From Tubulanus polymorphus (taxonomy: Eukaryota; Animalia; Nemertea): DNA of 64,000 bases. The translations under genes and the position numbers were made by a program. The notes beneath the pieces are model-generated. The model was given only the letters and a program-made list of their open reading frames with translations, did no database searches and was not told the DNA's origin. The stretch covers positions 12,722,962 through 12,786,961 of the forward strand of contig NC_134034.1 in the NCBI RefSeq assembly GCF_964204645.1, given 5' to 3'. Below are positions 25,901-58,610 of this stretch, in pieces (position 1 is the first letter of the stretch; every line of letters starts with the position of its first letter).

Positions 25901-28900
25901 ACCGATTGGTTAGAATATAAAATATCCGTATCCATAGCGACCATATCAAAACTGGTTACGATTATTGTTAAATGTGCCGATTTAAAAATCGACGCGTTAT
26001 TTTCGTAAAATGAAGCAAATTTCGTTGAATTCGTCGGTTAGAAATAAATGGACCGCTGGCAAGTGACCTTTATATTACCGGCGAAAGCCTTAACATTGTT
26101 ACAAATACAGTAGTTACTGATCAGAGATTTATTATGTATCGTAGGCTGGGGATATGAGTGGTGTGCGGTTCTAGAATTTACTCTCAAGACAACTTGCACT
26201 AACACAGTTTTGAATTAAAATTTGACCCAAGAGTTTGACCCCACTCATTTTCAGTTCAGGGTTCAGAGTTAACTCTAACTCACAACTGTAGAACTGGATC
26301 CTGAGTTCAGAGTTAACTCTTGACTCATGGAACTGGATCCTGAGTTCAGAGTTAACTCTTGACTCATGGAACTGGATCCTGAGTTCAGAGTTAACTCTTG
26401 ACTCATGGAATTGGATCCTGAGTTCAGAGTTAACTCTTGACTCATGGAACTGGATCCTGAGTTCAGAGTTAACTCTTTCACAACAATGGAACTGGATCCT
26501 GAGTTCAAAGTTAACTCTTGACTCATGGAACTGGATCCTGAGTTCAGAGTTAACTCTTTCACAACTATGGAACTGGATCCTGAGTTCAGAGTTAACTCTT
26601 GACTCATGGAACTGGATCTTGAGTTCAGAATTAACTCTTTCACAACTATAGAACTGGATCGTGATTCTTGATCAACTCAATGCTCTAGAAAATTCCACCC
26701 CCACCAAAAGTCGACCCCTCCAAAAAAGTCCACCCCCATTCCCCTTGCCGCGGGCATCACAACAGCAATAGGTTAAGCAGCTTCCACCAGTTGTTAACAT
26801 CTCTGGATTATAAAGCGACCACAACCACTTGAGATCTGATAGCGAGAACTGACCTGATGCAGCTGCTGCTGTAGCAGATGTATCTGCTGCGTTAACTGAT
26901 CGACCTGACACGTATATTCCACTTGTAGATCATCTCTAGACAGCGTCGCCCCCTGTAGGTCACGCGAGAGTTGCTCGATGACGGCGTCGCGCATGTCGTC
27001 GTTATCACCGGCGGCAACATCCGTCTGCTCATAAAAACAATCATCAAACAATTATTTTACAACTGGTGAAAATTAAGACAGACATCTACAGGACATCTTC
27101 CCAAATTCATACTGTTTTACATACTTGATCGCCCCCTGGAGGAGATATATCAAACTAGAATATTGTCCATTCTTAATGTTTTACATACTTGATCGCCCCC
27201 TGGAGGATTTATATCAAACTAGAATATTGTCAATTTTGAATGTTGTACATATTTGGTCACCATAGGCCTTCATTAAGCGCCCCCTGAGGGACATATATGA
27301 AACTAAAACTTAGCCCTTACTTTTTGCACTGATTTTAGTAATTGATTTTCGGCTATTAATTCATCCAATGCCGTCTGCTTCCCCTGTAACATCTCCTCTA
27401 ACTGTGTTATGTGTTCGGCGGCATTTTTTAACTCGATGTGAGCATCAAACGATATATTCACAGTAGAATCCTAGAAAATATCGAAAAACATATCGATATA
27501 TCGATACAAATCATCGAAGAGATGAAGCTCGATTGAGAGCGATATCGATTTTAACTTACGTCAGCAGAAAATTCATCACTGGCCAAAAATGAACCTTGAT
27601 CACTCTGAAGAAAATAACATTGCAAATAAAATTTACTCAGACAACTGGGGGGGGGGGGGTGCAGTTGCTGAAAAGTTAACCAGTTGATAGTTGACATAGT
27701 GACAATTAAAAGTTCATTGTTACTATGGTATTTATCCGCCGGTTATCTTAAACCAACTTTTGAGCAACTGCAGACGCTGAAATCTACTTAAAAAACTCTT
27801 TTAAATCATTGTTTTCTGATGACTTACATCTTCATACGACAATGAATGTAGACTGTCCGTTGAAAAATCTGAGGAACCGGCACTGGCAGCTGAGTTTGGA
27901 CGTTCTGAAATGCCGGCACTGGCAGCTGAGTCTAGACGCTCTGATCTACTACTACAGTCCGTTCCGTCGTCGGGAGCAGACGACTTTTTACTCTTCTTTT
28001 TTCGACGGTTTTTACGTTTTGTGAATTCGGCGAGCTGGAAATAAGATATCAGAAAAAAAGCTATTAGTAATTTGAGACTGAAATTTATGTCCTTTTACGG
28101 GGCACTCAATTTCTGGGACCAGTTATCAATCGATTTCTAGAATATTTTCCAAATCAATAAGATTAATACTCATGACTCGTAGCAAATCCAAAAGATCAAA
28201 AATGAAATCTATCTAGGACCTGTCAGGAATTGAAATAAAAAGATAAGACATTTCTGATATCTCAGGTTTGACGATATAACTGAATCAAGAGGTATCGATC
28301 AGTGTAACCGCAATTAATCTTATTCACCTGTTAACTAACTTTCATTTTCTAAGTGTTTTAAATTACTATTTTATCATCTCATGTTTAAATTCAACACTGA
28401 TATAAAGTGCGCTGATTACAATTTGTCAGAGTTCACTATTAAGAAAATAAATTAGTCCAATTATCATTAGGCCTATTCGATTATTTTTGAAAATCTTCTG
28501 ACCTTTGAAAAGGTTTATTTGTTTTTACACTAATTATGCCTAATCTAATTATAAACTAATTAAGGGGTTAATCTAGTGATTAAAATAGCGCTGTCCTGAT
28601 TAACAGACGAATGAGACAATATTCGCACAGAAGTCTGTTGTATAGATTTATTTGTTTATCAGCTTAAGAAGTCGTTTAACAGCGAACAACTGAATTTATC
28701 TAAGAATGAAAATAAATCAGTTCTTGCGGTTGAGGAATGTGTGTAGAGTCTACAGTGAATACAATACAAGTGAAACCGGTAATTCATTTTCACAAATAAT
28801 ATTTGGGTCTCGCGCTTTAATGTGAAGTCAAAAGTTCAATGAATAAAGCACCAACATTTCTATATTGTGAATATTAATTCATATATCAATTAATATTCAC

Positions 28901-29427
28901 AATATTTCAGAAACTGTTTTTTTAACTAGACTGGAAATTGTTTTAAAAATACCAAATCAAGAATTTAAAGATTAATTTCATAAATTTGGGATTTATTGAT
29001 AAGGAGAGCCTGTAGAAGATTGCAAGAAGTTTTTTTCAAAACAACTGTCTATGCTGACTGGTAGGGAGCAGAAGAGTGTAACAGTATTAGAGGGGAGGGG
29101 AGGGGTCAGTAGGGGGGTGTAGCCTAAACCGGGCCAGCAGGCCTAAAAAATCCTCCAAAAATCAGTAAAAAGTTTGACCCCTCTTTACCTACTGTCTAAC
29201 CACCCCCTAACCTATACCCATACGCCCCAAACCCCTATGATAGGGTACCAATATGTAGTCCTCTCCAGAATAAGCTGACAGCTGTCAGGGTTTCGTTCGA
29301 CCGGTTCCAACAACCCGGAAATGAATGTTTCTTCACAGCATTTTAACGTTTTTATTCCAGTATGATAAATGTCACTCACTCTTTCTTTGCCGGCTTTTAA
29401 TTTCCTCTGTCTTTCTTCTTCATCCAT
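7945..29427 (-). CDS. Giant coiled-coil protein (~4,996 aa) with AKAP9/pericentrin-type N-terminus
   Basis: Exons 29427-29380, 28034-27828, 27604-27560, 27470-27321, 27024-26854, 23679-13777, 13072-12341, 11777-11700, 11601-7945; all GT-AG, all phase 0. The N-terminus MDEEERQRKLKAGKER|LAEFTKRKNRRKKK and the motifs QLEEMLQGKQ and DAVIEQLSRDLQ resemble the AKAP9/PCNT N-terminal region. AATAAA (minus) at 7891-7886 follows the stop. The family call is less certain than the gene model. Confidence 0.75.
13464..13745 (+). mobile_element. piggyBac-type MITE
   Basis: TTAA|CCCTTTCA(A/G)TGC...GCACTGAAAGGG|TTAA; same family as 44420-44705 and 53269-53556. Confidence 0.9.
21150..21450 (-). repeat. Coding tandem repeat, 105 bp / 35 aa (five heptads), ~3 copies
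   Basis: NEENVKLQAELANASAQISRMNEENVRLQAELMNT repeated in the 3314-aa ORF. Confidence 0.9.
23883..24021 (+). mobile_element. Harbinger-like MITE family B
   Basis: ggcccagtttcacaaaaa...ttttcgtgaaactggtcc; matches 37189-37318 and 48057-48180. Confidence 0.8.
24025..24295. repeat. 23-bp minisatellite, ~12 copies
   Basis: Unit gttcagactgactagaacccggt. Confidence 0.95.
26260..26660. repeat. 39/42-bp minisatellite related to the gaactgg/gttaactc MITE
   Basis: Unit ggaactggatcctgagttcagagttaactcttgactcat; gives spurious ORF 26275..26643. Confidence 0.9.
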
Positions 29428-29909
29428 GGTTTAGTTAAATATTCCTCACTTCAAAAGAGCTAAACCTGCGGGGCGGCGGCGCGGGTGGATTAGAACGTCA
29501 TAACGGTTTCACTGTCGATGTGGTCGTGTCATCCATCATACTCTGAGTGGACGCATTACTCAGTCGGGAAACGCCAACCTGTGAGCCAGCCACTTCATGG
29601 TAAATCGTTAACCCTAACGTTAACCCTAATCATACCAGCACATCCAACATCGGGAAACACGAACCGGCTCTGGATCTTCTCTCCGAGATCGACAAACTTA
29701 TCTAGCCATACCACCTTCAGATTGTTTTTACTCATTCAAAATATATATTAATCATTAAATTAGCATCTATTAGACTTATGAAAATATGAAGATAGGATAT
29801 AAAAGCTAGGGTTAGGTATTTAAAATGACGGGATTCGAACCTCCTCGGTCTGTATGAGAGCTACGGTTATATCGGATCCCGCCACGGGTCAATGGTAGAT
29901 CGATTAAAA
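29428..29909. promoter_or_regulatory. Putative bidirectional promoter, AKAP9-like / KAT2
   Basis: Divergent ATGs 482 bp apart; GC-box-like gggcggcggcgcggg at ~29471; aaaATGGCG (YY1-like) at the KAT2 start. Confidence 0.55.
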
Positions 29910-37688
<7,779 letters not shown>

Positions 37689-37699
37689 ACCGAATCGCA

Positions 37700-37925
37700 C
37701 CAGACTGTCGGTCTCACTGGACTGTGGAAGTTTTGGTTCGGACCAGACTCTGGGTCTCACTGGACTGTGGAAGTCTTGGATCGGACCAGAGTCAAGTCTG
37801 ACTGGACTGTGGAAGTCTTGGTTGGACCAGACTCTGGATCTCACTGGACTGTGGAAGTCTTGGATTAGACCAGACTCTGGGTCTCACTGGACTGAGGAAG
37901 TCTTGGATTGGACCCCATTCTGGGT
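37700..37925. repeat. ~43-bp tandem repeat, ~5 copies, immediately 3' of the KAT2 stop
   Basis: Unit ctcactggactgtggaagtcttggattggaccagactctgggt. Confidence 0.85.
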
Positions 37926-38403
37926 CATAGATTTCAAATTGTATTATCTGAATGAATAGAGGCATCTCCTTTGTCTCAAGTGTCCAAATAGTCAGGATAG
38001 GATAAAAATAAGGGATCCACCATCGATGGGACCAGAATCAACTTCATTTATGTATATAATGCTTCAAATGTGTTCAGGGTAAAGAATGGCGGGTGGGTGG
38101 GTGGCTCCAATTCGAATGGTTGGAGAGTGGATCCAATTAGATTTTAACAATGAAATGGTATTTGTATTTTCTGTATTTATTATGTAAATAATAATATAAA
38201 TTAGGTGTAAAATTATTAGCGAAAATAAAATCCCCAGATAAATTTCAAAAAGCAAAAAAAAAAACAGCGTCCGAAGTATCTTATTTTCGTGGAAATTTAT
38301 TTCGCAATCAAATAATTGACGATTAAAAATATAAACAATTGAAAATTGACAATAATTGTAAACAAAATATTGAGTAGAAATCGATGGTTTGATTTGCGAT
38401 GTT

Positions 38404-41400
38404 TTAAGTGTAATTAGAACGTAAACTCTTCTCCAATTCACACAATTTCTGGAATAATTTAATCGCTAATTCTTCGTCCAAATTCATCTGAAACGAAAAC
38501 TGATTTTATAAATCGGTAAAACCTATGAGATCAAGAAACAAATCAGGGGTTGATCCAGAAATTTGAGCAGGGGGAGGGGGGTCAAGCGCTGGGTTTTCTC
38601 AGATACTTTAGAACACATAGCAGGGCATCCGAGACCCCCTTAAACAACTTTTGGATCCACCCCTGTAAAAATAGCTACGTTTGGATTCAAATGAGAATAT
38701 TTGATTGGTGTATTTACGTTTTTAGCAGTGACTTGATTGGTTCCGCCCAACGAGGTTCCGCTACAATATTTAACGCACGGGTTTAGAGTCTCCGGTCTTT
38801 GTTTCGATAACCAAAACTACAGCGGAAAATAGAATATGAGAAATTAAGAGTTCATCAGGCTAAAAATGATTATACTTGTTTCCCGTGGCTAAAAATGATT
38901 ATACTTGTTTCCCGTGGCTAAAAATGATTATACTTGTTTCCCGCGGCTAAAAATGATTATACTTGTTTCCCGTGGCTAAAAATGATTATACTTGTTTCCC
39001 GTGGCTAAAAATGATTATACTTGTTTCCCGTGGCTAAAAATGATTATACTTGTTTCCCGTGGCTAAAAATGATTATACTTGTTTCCTGCGGCTAAAAATG
39101 ATTATACTTGTTTCCCGTGGCTAAAAATGATTATACTTGTTTCCCGTGGCTAAAAATGATTATACTTGTTTCCCGCGGCTAAAAATGATTATACTTGTTT
39201 CCCGCGGCTAAAAATGATTATACTTGTTTCCCGTGGCTAAAAATGATTATACTTGTTTCCCGCGGCTAAAAATGATTATACTTGTTTCCCGTGGCTAAAA
39301 ATGATTATACTTGTTTCCCGTGGCTAAAAATGATTATACTTGTTTCCCGTGGCTAAAAATGATTATACTTGTTTCCCGTGGCTAAAAATGATTATACTTG
39401 TTTCCTGCGGCTAAAAATGATTATACTTGTTTCCACAAATATTTACCATAGACTCGGCTCCGTTGTACGGGTAAATAGTCATACTCGGTACAAACAACCT
39501 CAACTGTAACAACAACAAACGAATATTCGTCTAATAAAGATGGCTACCTCCCGATTAAAACCCTATGACATCACGAGAGATACTCTTACCAGACTGAGTA
39601 TGGGTAGTATGATATACCAGAGCCAGTTAGGAACAATCGGCGATGTCAGTTTGGTTAAAACGAATCCCGGAGAGGTAGTATGTGAATATACATTCTGCAA
39701 ACAATGAACAATATTCGATAAAGTTCTGGGGCCGGTTCCATAGTCGAGATTTAAGTCCAAAAGTGTTCTTAAATCTTTACGACTGATCTTAAGCTGTTAG
39801 ATTAGCAATAAACCAAGTTGGTCTTAGACTGGTCTTAGCCATGACTATGGAACTTGCCCCTGGATCCAGTTTCACAGTTGTGGATGCAGTTTCACAGTTG
39901 TGGATGCAGTTTCACAGTTCCATTGATATTTGATTCTTCAGTTTAAGCTTTTAAAATGAACTGATTTTAACTATAAAAGAGAGTCAACTGTTGTTATTTT
40001 ACCTGATGACACAATCTGTTGTTTATTGCTAAACTTGTTAAATCAATGGCGTATTTCGATGAACTGTAAGCCTGAAATCTACAATACGATACGTTATATT
40101 ACAGCCAGACCACGAAGGGTTCACTAAAAACTGAACCAGCCCAGAAAGGGTTCACTAAAAACTGAACAAGCCCAGAAAGGGTTCACTAATAACTGAACCA
40201 GCCCAGAAAGGGTTCACTAAAAACTGAACTAGTTCACTTAAAACCAATGGCTAGTTCCCAGAAAGGGTTCACTAAAAACTGGACTTGCCCAGAAAGAGTT
40301 CACTAATGTTCACTAACCCTTTCTCATGTTGTATATCATCAAGATGAAAGTTGTTTTTAGAAGCGTTCATGGACGACGACCAAATTATTTGACAAGTTCT
40401 CGGACCCCGCGCAAGAAAATCTTCTAATTGTCGAACCTAGAATACCAAGAAATACAAATTGACTTAAATACTAGTTCAACCGTGGAACTGGGACTCAATT
40501 CATCAGAGCTTGCTCAGTGCTCTAGGCCTAACACTAAGACTACATTGTTATAACGTACCAAAACAAAATGTCCGAATAGATTTGTAGCAAAAACTTCCTG
40601 TAATCCGTCTTCGGTCGTCTGCTTTACAGTTGTCAATAAACCATCCCCGGTCGATAAAACATGCACGACATTTCTGGAGTAACATTTATGGAAAATATGC
40701 ATGACATTTCTCAAAAATATGCATGATATTTCTCAAAAATTTTGAAATGTGGAGAAATTCCTCCTCAAGCTCAGCTGCGCGGCTCCTCAAGCTCGGTGGT
40801 AGGGATAGACTTGGTATTTTGTGAGAGTATTTTGTCAGTTTACCTTGAGAATATCTCCTTCAATCCTTCCCATCTGATCTTAACTCCTGGCAAAACGCCA
40901 GCGTTCAAATACAAATAATCTACATGATCGTATCTGAAATAAAAACACTTTACAAATCAAAGACAAGAACCAGAAGAGGAAACCATTGAACCCTAAAACA
41001 CGGATACCTGTGCGTAATCTCTTTAGCAGCGCTGTAAACGGAACTCAATTTGCCGACGTCCAGATTGAGGATATCTACGCGAGCGTTCGGGTTGGAGAGT
41101 TTCAGAGCGTTACGCGCGGCCTCCGCCCGACCGGTGTTACGACACGCCAGACACAGTCGGATCGTAGGATCATCCGTTAACAGTCTCTCGGCTAAAGCTA
41201 AACCTAAACCACTAACAATTGAAAAACAGACCACGTTACTGTTAGTTCATTCATTCATTCCAGCACTCGCATTCCCTCCTTGCAAGAAGAGGGGGGCGTG
41301 TGCGTTAACTTAAATGAGGAAAAGTCCAAGTGCATTGAAAATTTTAGTTGATGATAATTTTAATAATAATATTTTGATAATATACATTTTAAGAAATATT

Positions 41401-41649
41401 TTTTGGGTCGTGCCACCACAGATATCAGCTTCCTGAAGGATTCAGGTGGGTTGGTCAGACTAACTTAGTAGGTTTCGTTCGGTAATTAGTGTGATTTTCA
41501 AGTCGAAACGACCAGTTTTCAGGATTAAAACGCAATAAATCAGAGTTTAACATGATTTAGAATAGAAATTTAATAGTTATATCTATTATATCGATGATAC
41601 GTTACGCATTGCCACCGGTTATAACTGCCACTTTCGAAGACATTTTCAT
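38404..41649 (-). CDS. HSD17B7: 3-keto-steroid reductase / 17-beta-hydroxysteroid dehydrogenase 7 (SDR)
   Basis: Exons 41649(or 41643)-41606, 41211-41008, 40933-40844, 40673-40559, 40436-40318, 40078-40003, 39694-39590, 39503-39447, 38816-38718, 38487-38404. Motifs VITGGNAGLG, LCLACRN, YLYLNAG, GLQEVFATNLFGHF, catalytic YSSSK, PYNGAE. Confidence 0.93.
38858..39434. repeat. 29-bp minisatellite, ~20 copies, in an HSD17B7 intron
   Basis: Unit ggctaaaaatgattatacttgtttcccgt. Confidence 0.97.
39729..39859 (-). mobile_element. Harbinger-like MITE family A
   Basis: gggcc...gccc ends with a CTG TSD on both sides; reverse complement of the 51871-52008 family. Confidence 0.85.
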
Positions 41650-42260
41650 CGATTTTCACAAATGTCACAGAGATGCAATATCGCAGGATTCGACCCCAAA
41701 ATTGCGAGAGTAAATTAAAACCATCAATTGTCAATGCGTTCTCTATTTTATAAATGGAATAACATTACTTTAACAATTTTTGGTCTTTCTCGTTTCGAAA
41801 TTTTTTTTGGAGTCATTTCAATCAACCACCACAAATAATAGTGAAATAAAATTATATTTAATTAGATTGATTCGAATATTGAACGTCGTAATTTCACGCA
41901 TTTTTAGCCGTTTAAATATTGTTTACACCTTGAATTAAAGGTAAACGTTTTACTTTTAAATCGAATAATCAAATTCTGATAAATGCATTCTTAAGAATTT
42001 CAAATTTGAAGTCTATTTTAATCTTTCTTCTCAATCAAATTCAATCCATATTTATTAGCAGACATTTCACGTTAAATCACCTTAATTTTCTGTTATAGGT
42101 CAACATCATATAAATCTTTGAACAAAGATCTTAGCTTTTTGTTTGAATAGAAGTGATGGACTGGTTGTAGAGAGTCAAAACTGAACTGATTTTTTGTGAG
42201 GAGGCTACACCTGCGCGACACACAGCCCCCGCCCGGGCCCAGCCCGATCTGACGACAACC

Positions 42261-54901
<12,641 letters not shown>

Positions 54902-55084
54902 TGTGTATATTGACTTTTAGAATTAGTCGTACAAGTTAAGAGGGGCGAGAGAGAGAGAGGGATCTGTTCCTCATAAGATCATGATTCTGATTCTGATAAT
55001 CCTCTCATGATTCATTTTCAGTTGTAAATAAATCAGTGAAAATAAAACATTTAATGTAAATAATATCTTAGAATCTGTCTGTAT

Positions 55085-58000
55085 CAATGCTGTTGTACAG
55101 GGGTGTCCCAGGTTCGAACCCGCTTATTACTGATATTGATGCAGAGTGATCCTGATGCTGATTTGAGGATGTTCAGGGGTGTTCCGGGTTCGAACCAACT
55201 AATTACTGATACTGATTCAGAGTAGTCTTGATGCTGAATAGAGGATGTACAGGGTTGCCAGAGAGGAAGGGATGTCAAGATTCTAACATGATCGCCATCT
55301 ATTGGAATTTGGCTGAACTGACTAGAAAGCTCTTACTTGTCTTACTGATTATTCTCTAATCCAATAAAATCACACTCGCCATCTGGTGGATATAACTATC
55401 ATTAGAATGTAGTAGCATAGAAATCCACCAGATGGCGAGTGTGATTTCAACGCATTGAAGAAGAATCAGTGAGACGAATAAGAGCTATCTAGTCGGTTCT
55501 GCCAAAATCCAATAGATGGCGATCATAGTATCATCGATAAACTGGGTGTATGTCCCGGGTTCGAACCCAGTTATTACTGATACTGATTCAGAGTGATCCT
55601 GGTGCTGAATAGAGGGTGTACAGGGGTATCCCGGGTTCAAAACCAGTACTGATACCGATTCAAAGTCGTCTTGATGCTGAATAGAGGATGTACAGGGGTG
55701 TCTCGGGTTCGAACACAGTAATTACTGATACCGATTAAGAGTGTTCCTGGTGCTGAATTGAGGATGTATAGTGGTGTCCCGGGTTCGAAACCGGTATATT
55801 GGTACTGACATAATGCTGATTAGAGGATGTACAAGGCGCATCCCGGCCGTACGGTGCTGCCGCTATGCTCATCGTTAGCGGGATTTTCGTGCACTAACGT
55901 AAGTCAACTCTGGCAATCGACGTGCTGTCCAGTTATACTCCGTAACCCTCGCTTGCCAGAGTTGATCTACGATAGTGTACGAAAATCCCGCTAACAATCT
56001 GCATAGCGGCAGCACCATACGGTAAAATGTTGATATCTTAAAAATAATTACTACTGATTCAGAGTGGTCCTGATGCTGAATAGAGGATGAACAGGAGCCA
56101 AGGTTCGAACCCAGTAATTACTGATACTGATTCAGAGTGGTCCCGATGCTGAATACAAGATGTAAACGGTTGTCCCGGATTCGAGCCCAGCTGTTCCAGA
56201 GTGGTCCTGATGCTGAATGGAGGATGTACAGCGGTGTCCCGGGTTTGAACCCAGTTATTACTGATACTGATTCAGAGTGGTCCCGATGCTGAATAGAGGA
56301 TGTACAGGGGTGTCCGGGTTAGAACCTAGTAATTACTGATACTGATTGAGAGTCCTGTGCTATTAAGAGGGTGTACTGAGTTGTCCCGGGTTAATGATGA
56401 TACTGATTCAGAGTGGTCTTGATGCTGAATAGAGGATGTACAGGGGAGTCCCGAGTTCGAGTTCGAATCAAGTAATTACTGATACTGATTCAGAGTGGTC
56501 CTGATGCTGAATAGAGGATGTACAGGGGTGTCCCGGGTTCGAAACCAGTAATTACTGATACCGATTCAGAGTGGTCCGGATGCTGAATAGAGGATATACA
56601 GGGGTGTCCGGGTTAGAACCTAGTAATTACTGATACTGATTGAGAGTCCTGTGCTATTAAGAGGGTGTACTGAGTTGTCCCGGGTTAATGATGATACTGA
56701 TTCAGAGTGGTCTTGATGCTGAATAGAGGATGTACAGGGTTGCCAGAGAGGAAGGGATGTCAAGATTTCTAACGTGATCGCCATCTATTGGAATTTGTCT
56801 GAACTGACTAGATAGCTCTTACTTGTCTTACTGATTCTCTTTAATCCGTTAAAATCACACTCGCCATCTGGTGGATATAACTATCATTAGACTGTAGCAG
56901 CATAGAAATCCACCAGATGGCGAGTGTGATTTCAACGCATTGAAGAAGAGTCAGTGAGACGAATAAGAGCTATCTAGTCGGTTCTGCCAAGATCCAATAG
57001 ATGGCGATCATAGTATCATTGATAAATTAGGCGGATGTCCCGGGTTCGAACCCAGTTATTACTGATACTAGTTCAGAGTGACACTAATGCTGAAAAGAGG
57101 ATGTACAGGGGTGTCCCGGGTTCAAACAGTAATTACTGATACAATGGTTCAGAGTACTAGTCTTGATGCTGAATAGAGGATGTACAGGTGTGTCCCGGGT
57201 TTGAACCTAGTAATCACTGATACTAATTCAGTGGTCCTGATGCTGAATTGAGGATGTACAGGGGTATCCCGGGTTCGAAACCGGTATATTGGTACTGACA
57301 TGATGCTTATTAGAGGATGTACAAGGCGTGTCCCGGCCGTACGGTGCTGCCGCTATGCTCATCGTTAGCGGGATTTTCGTACACTAACTTAAGTCAACTC
57401 TGGCAATCGACGTGCTCTTCAGTCATACTCCGTAACCCTCGCTTGCCAGAGTTGATTTACGTTAGTGTATGAAAATCCCGCTAACAATGAGCATAGCGGC
57501 AGCACCGTACGTTGAAATGTTGATATCTTATGTTGATATTTCCTCCATATACCATGGGAATGGTTGGAGTGTAATAAATATTCGTATTCGTATTCATTGA
57601 AGAAGAGTCAGTGAGACGAGTAAGAGCTATCTAGTCGGTTCTGCCAAGATCCAATAGATGGCGATCATAGTATCATTGATAAACTAGGCGGATGTCCCGG
57701 GTTCGAACCCAGTTATTACCCATACTGAATTGAGGATGTACAGGGGTGTACCAGGTTCGAAACCGGTATATTGGTACTGACATGATGCTTATTAGAGGAT
57801 GTGCAAGGCGTGTCCCGGCCGTACGGTGCTGCCGCTATGCCCATCGTTAGCGGGATTTTCGTACACTAACTTAAGTCAACTCTGGCAATCAACGTGTTCT
57901 CCAGTTATACTCCGTAACCCTCGCTTGCCAGAGTTGATTTACGTTAGTGTATGAAAATCCCGCTAACAATGAGCGTAGCGGCAGCACCGTACGGTGAAAT

Positions 58001-58610
58001 GTTGATCTCTTAAGAAAAAGTAATTACTGATACTGATTCAGAGTGATCCTGATGCTGAATAGAGGACAAACAGGGGTGTCCCGGGTTCGAAACCGGTATA
58101 TTGGTACTGACATGATGCTGATTAGAGGATGTACAGGGCGCGTTCGGCCGTACGGTGCTGCCGCTATGCTCATCGTTAGCGGGATTTTCATACACTAACT
58201 TAAGTCAACTCTGGCAATCGACGTGCAGTCCCGTAACCCTAGCCTGCCAGAGTTTATTTCTGTTAGTGTATGAAAATCCCGCTAACAATCTGCATAGCGG
58301 CAGCACCGTACGGTAAAATGTTGATATCTTAAAGGTGATACTGGTTCAGAGTGATCGCTCCTGATGCTGGATAGAGGACGACAGGAGCACGGGTTCGAAC
58401 CCAGTGATCACTGATACTGATTCAGAGTGGTCCTGATGCTGAATAGACGATGTACAGGGTGTCACGGAAACTAGACTCGTCAGTATAAGAAGTTTGGACA
58501 CCGATGGGTCCCACCCAGTTCATCCTCTAGGCTCTATTCAGTAACACGGCGAACGTGATCGGTATTGCGAATAAGGTTCGAACCCGGGACGCCCCTATCC
58601 ATCGTCTAGA
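55085..58610. repeat. Complex satellite of ~76-bp B-box-containing units interleaved with two hairpin element families
   Basis: Unit tactgattcagagtggtcctgatgctgaatagaggatgtacaggggtgtcccgggttcgaacccagtaattactga. ~240-bp hairpins at 55288-55527 and 56774-57011; ~175-bp hairpins at 55847-56022, 57337-57510, 57819-57994 and 58148-58313. Confidence 0.9.

Noticed and set aside
29609-29816. Telomere-like taaccctaa / tagggttagg words
   Set aside because: Only two or three imperfect units; not an interstitial telomeric array.
38858-39434. Fourth acceptor-amplification array (tttttag on the HSD17B7 sense strand)
   Set aside because: The unit does not match the real acceptor or exon start at 38816; ordinary minisatellite.
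55085-58610. True tRNA gene cluster
   Set aside because: Only a T-arm/B-box-like word; no convincing acceptor or anticodon stems could be folded.
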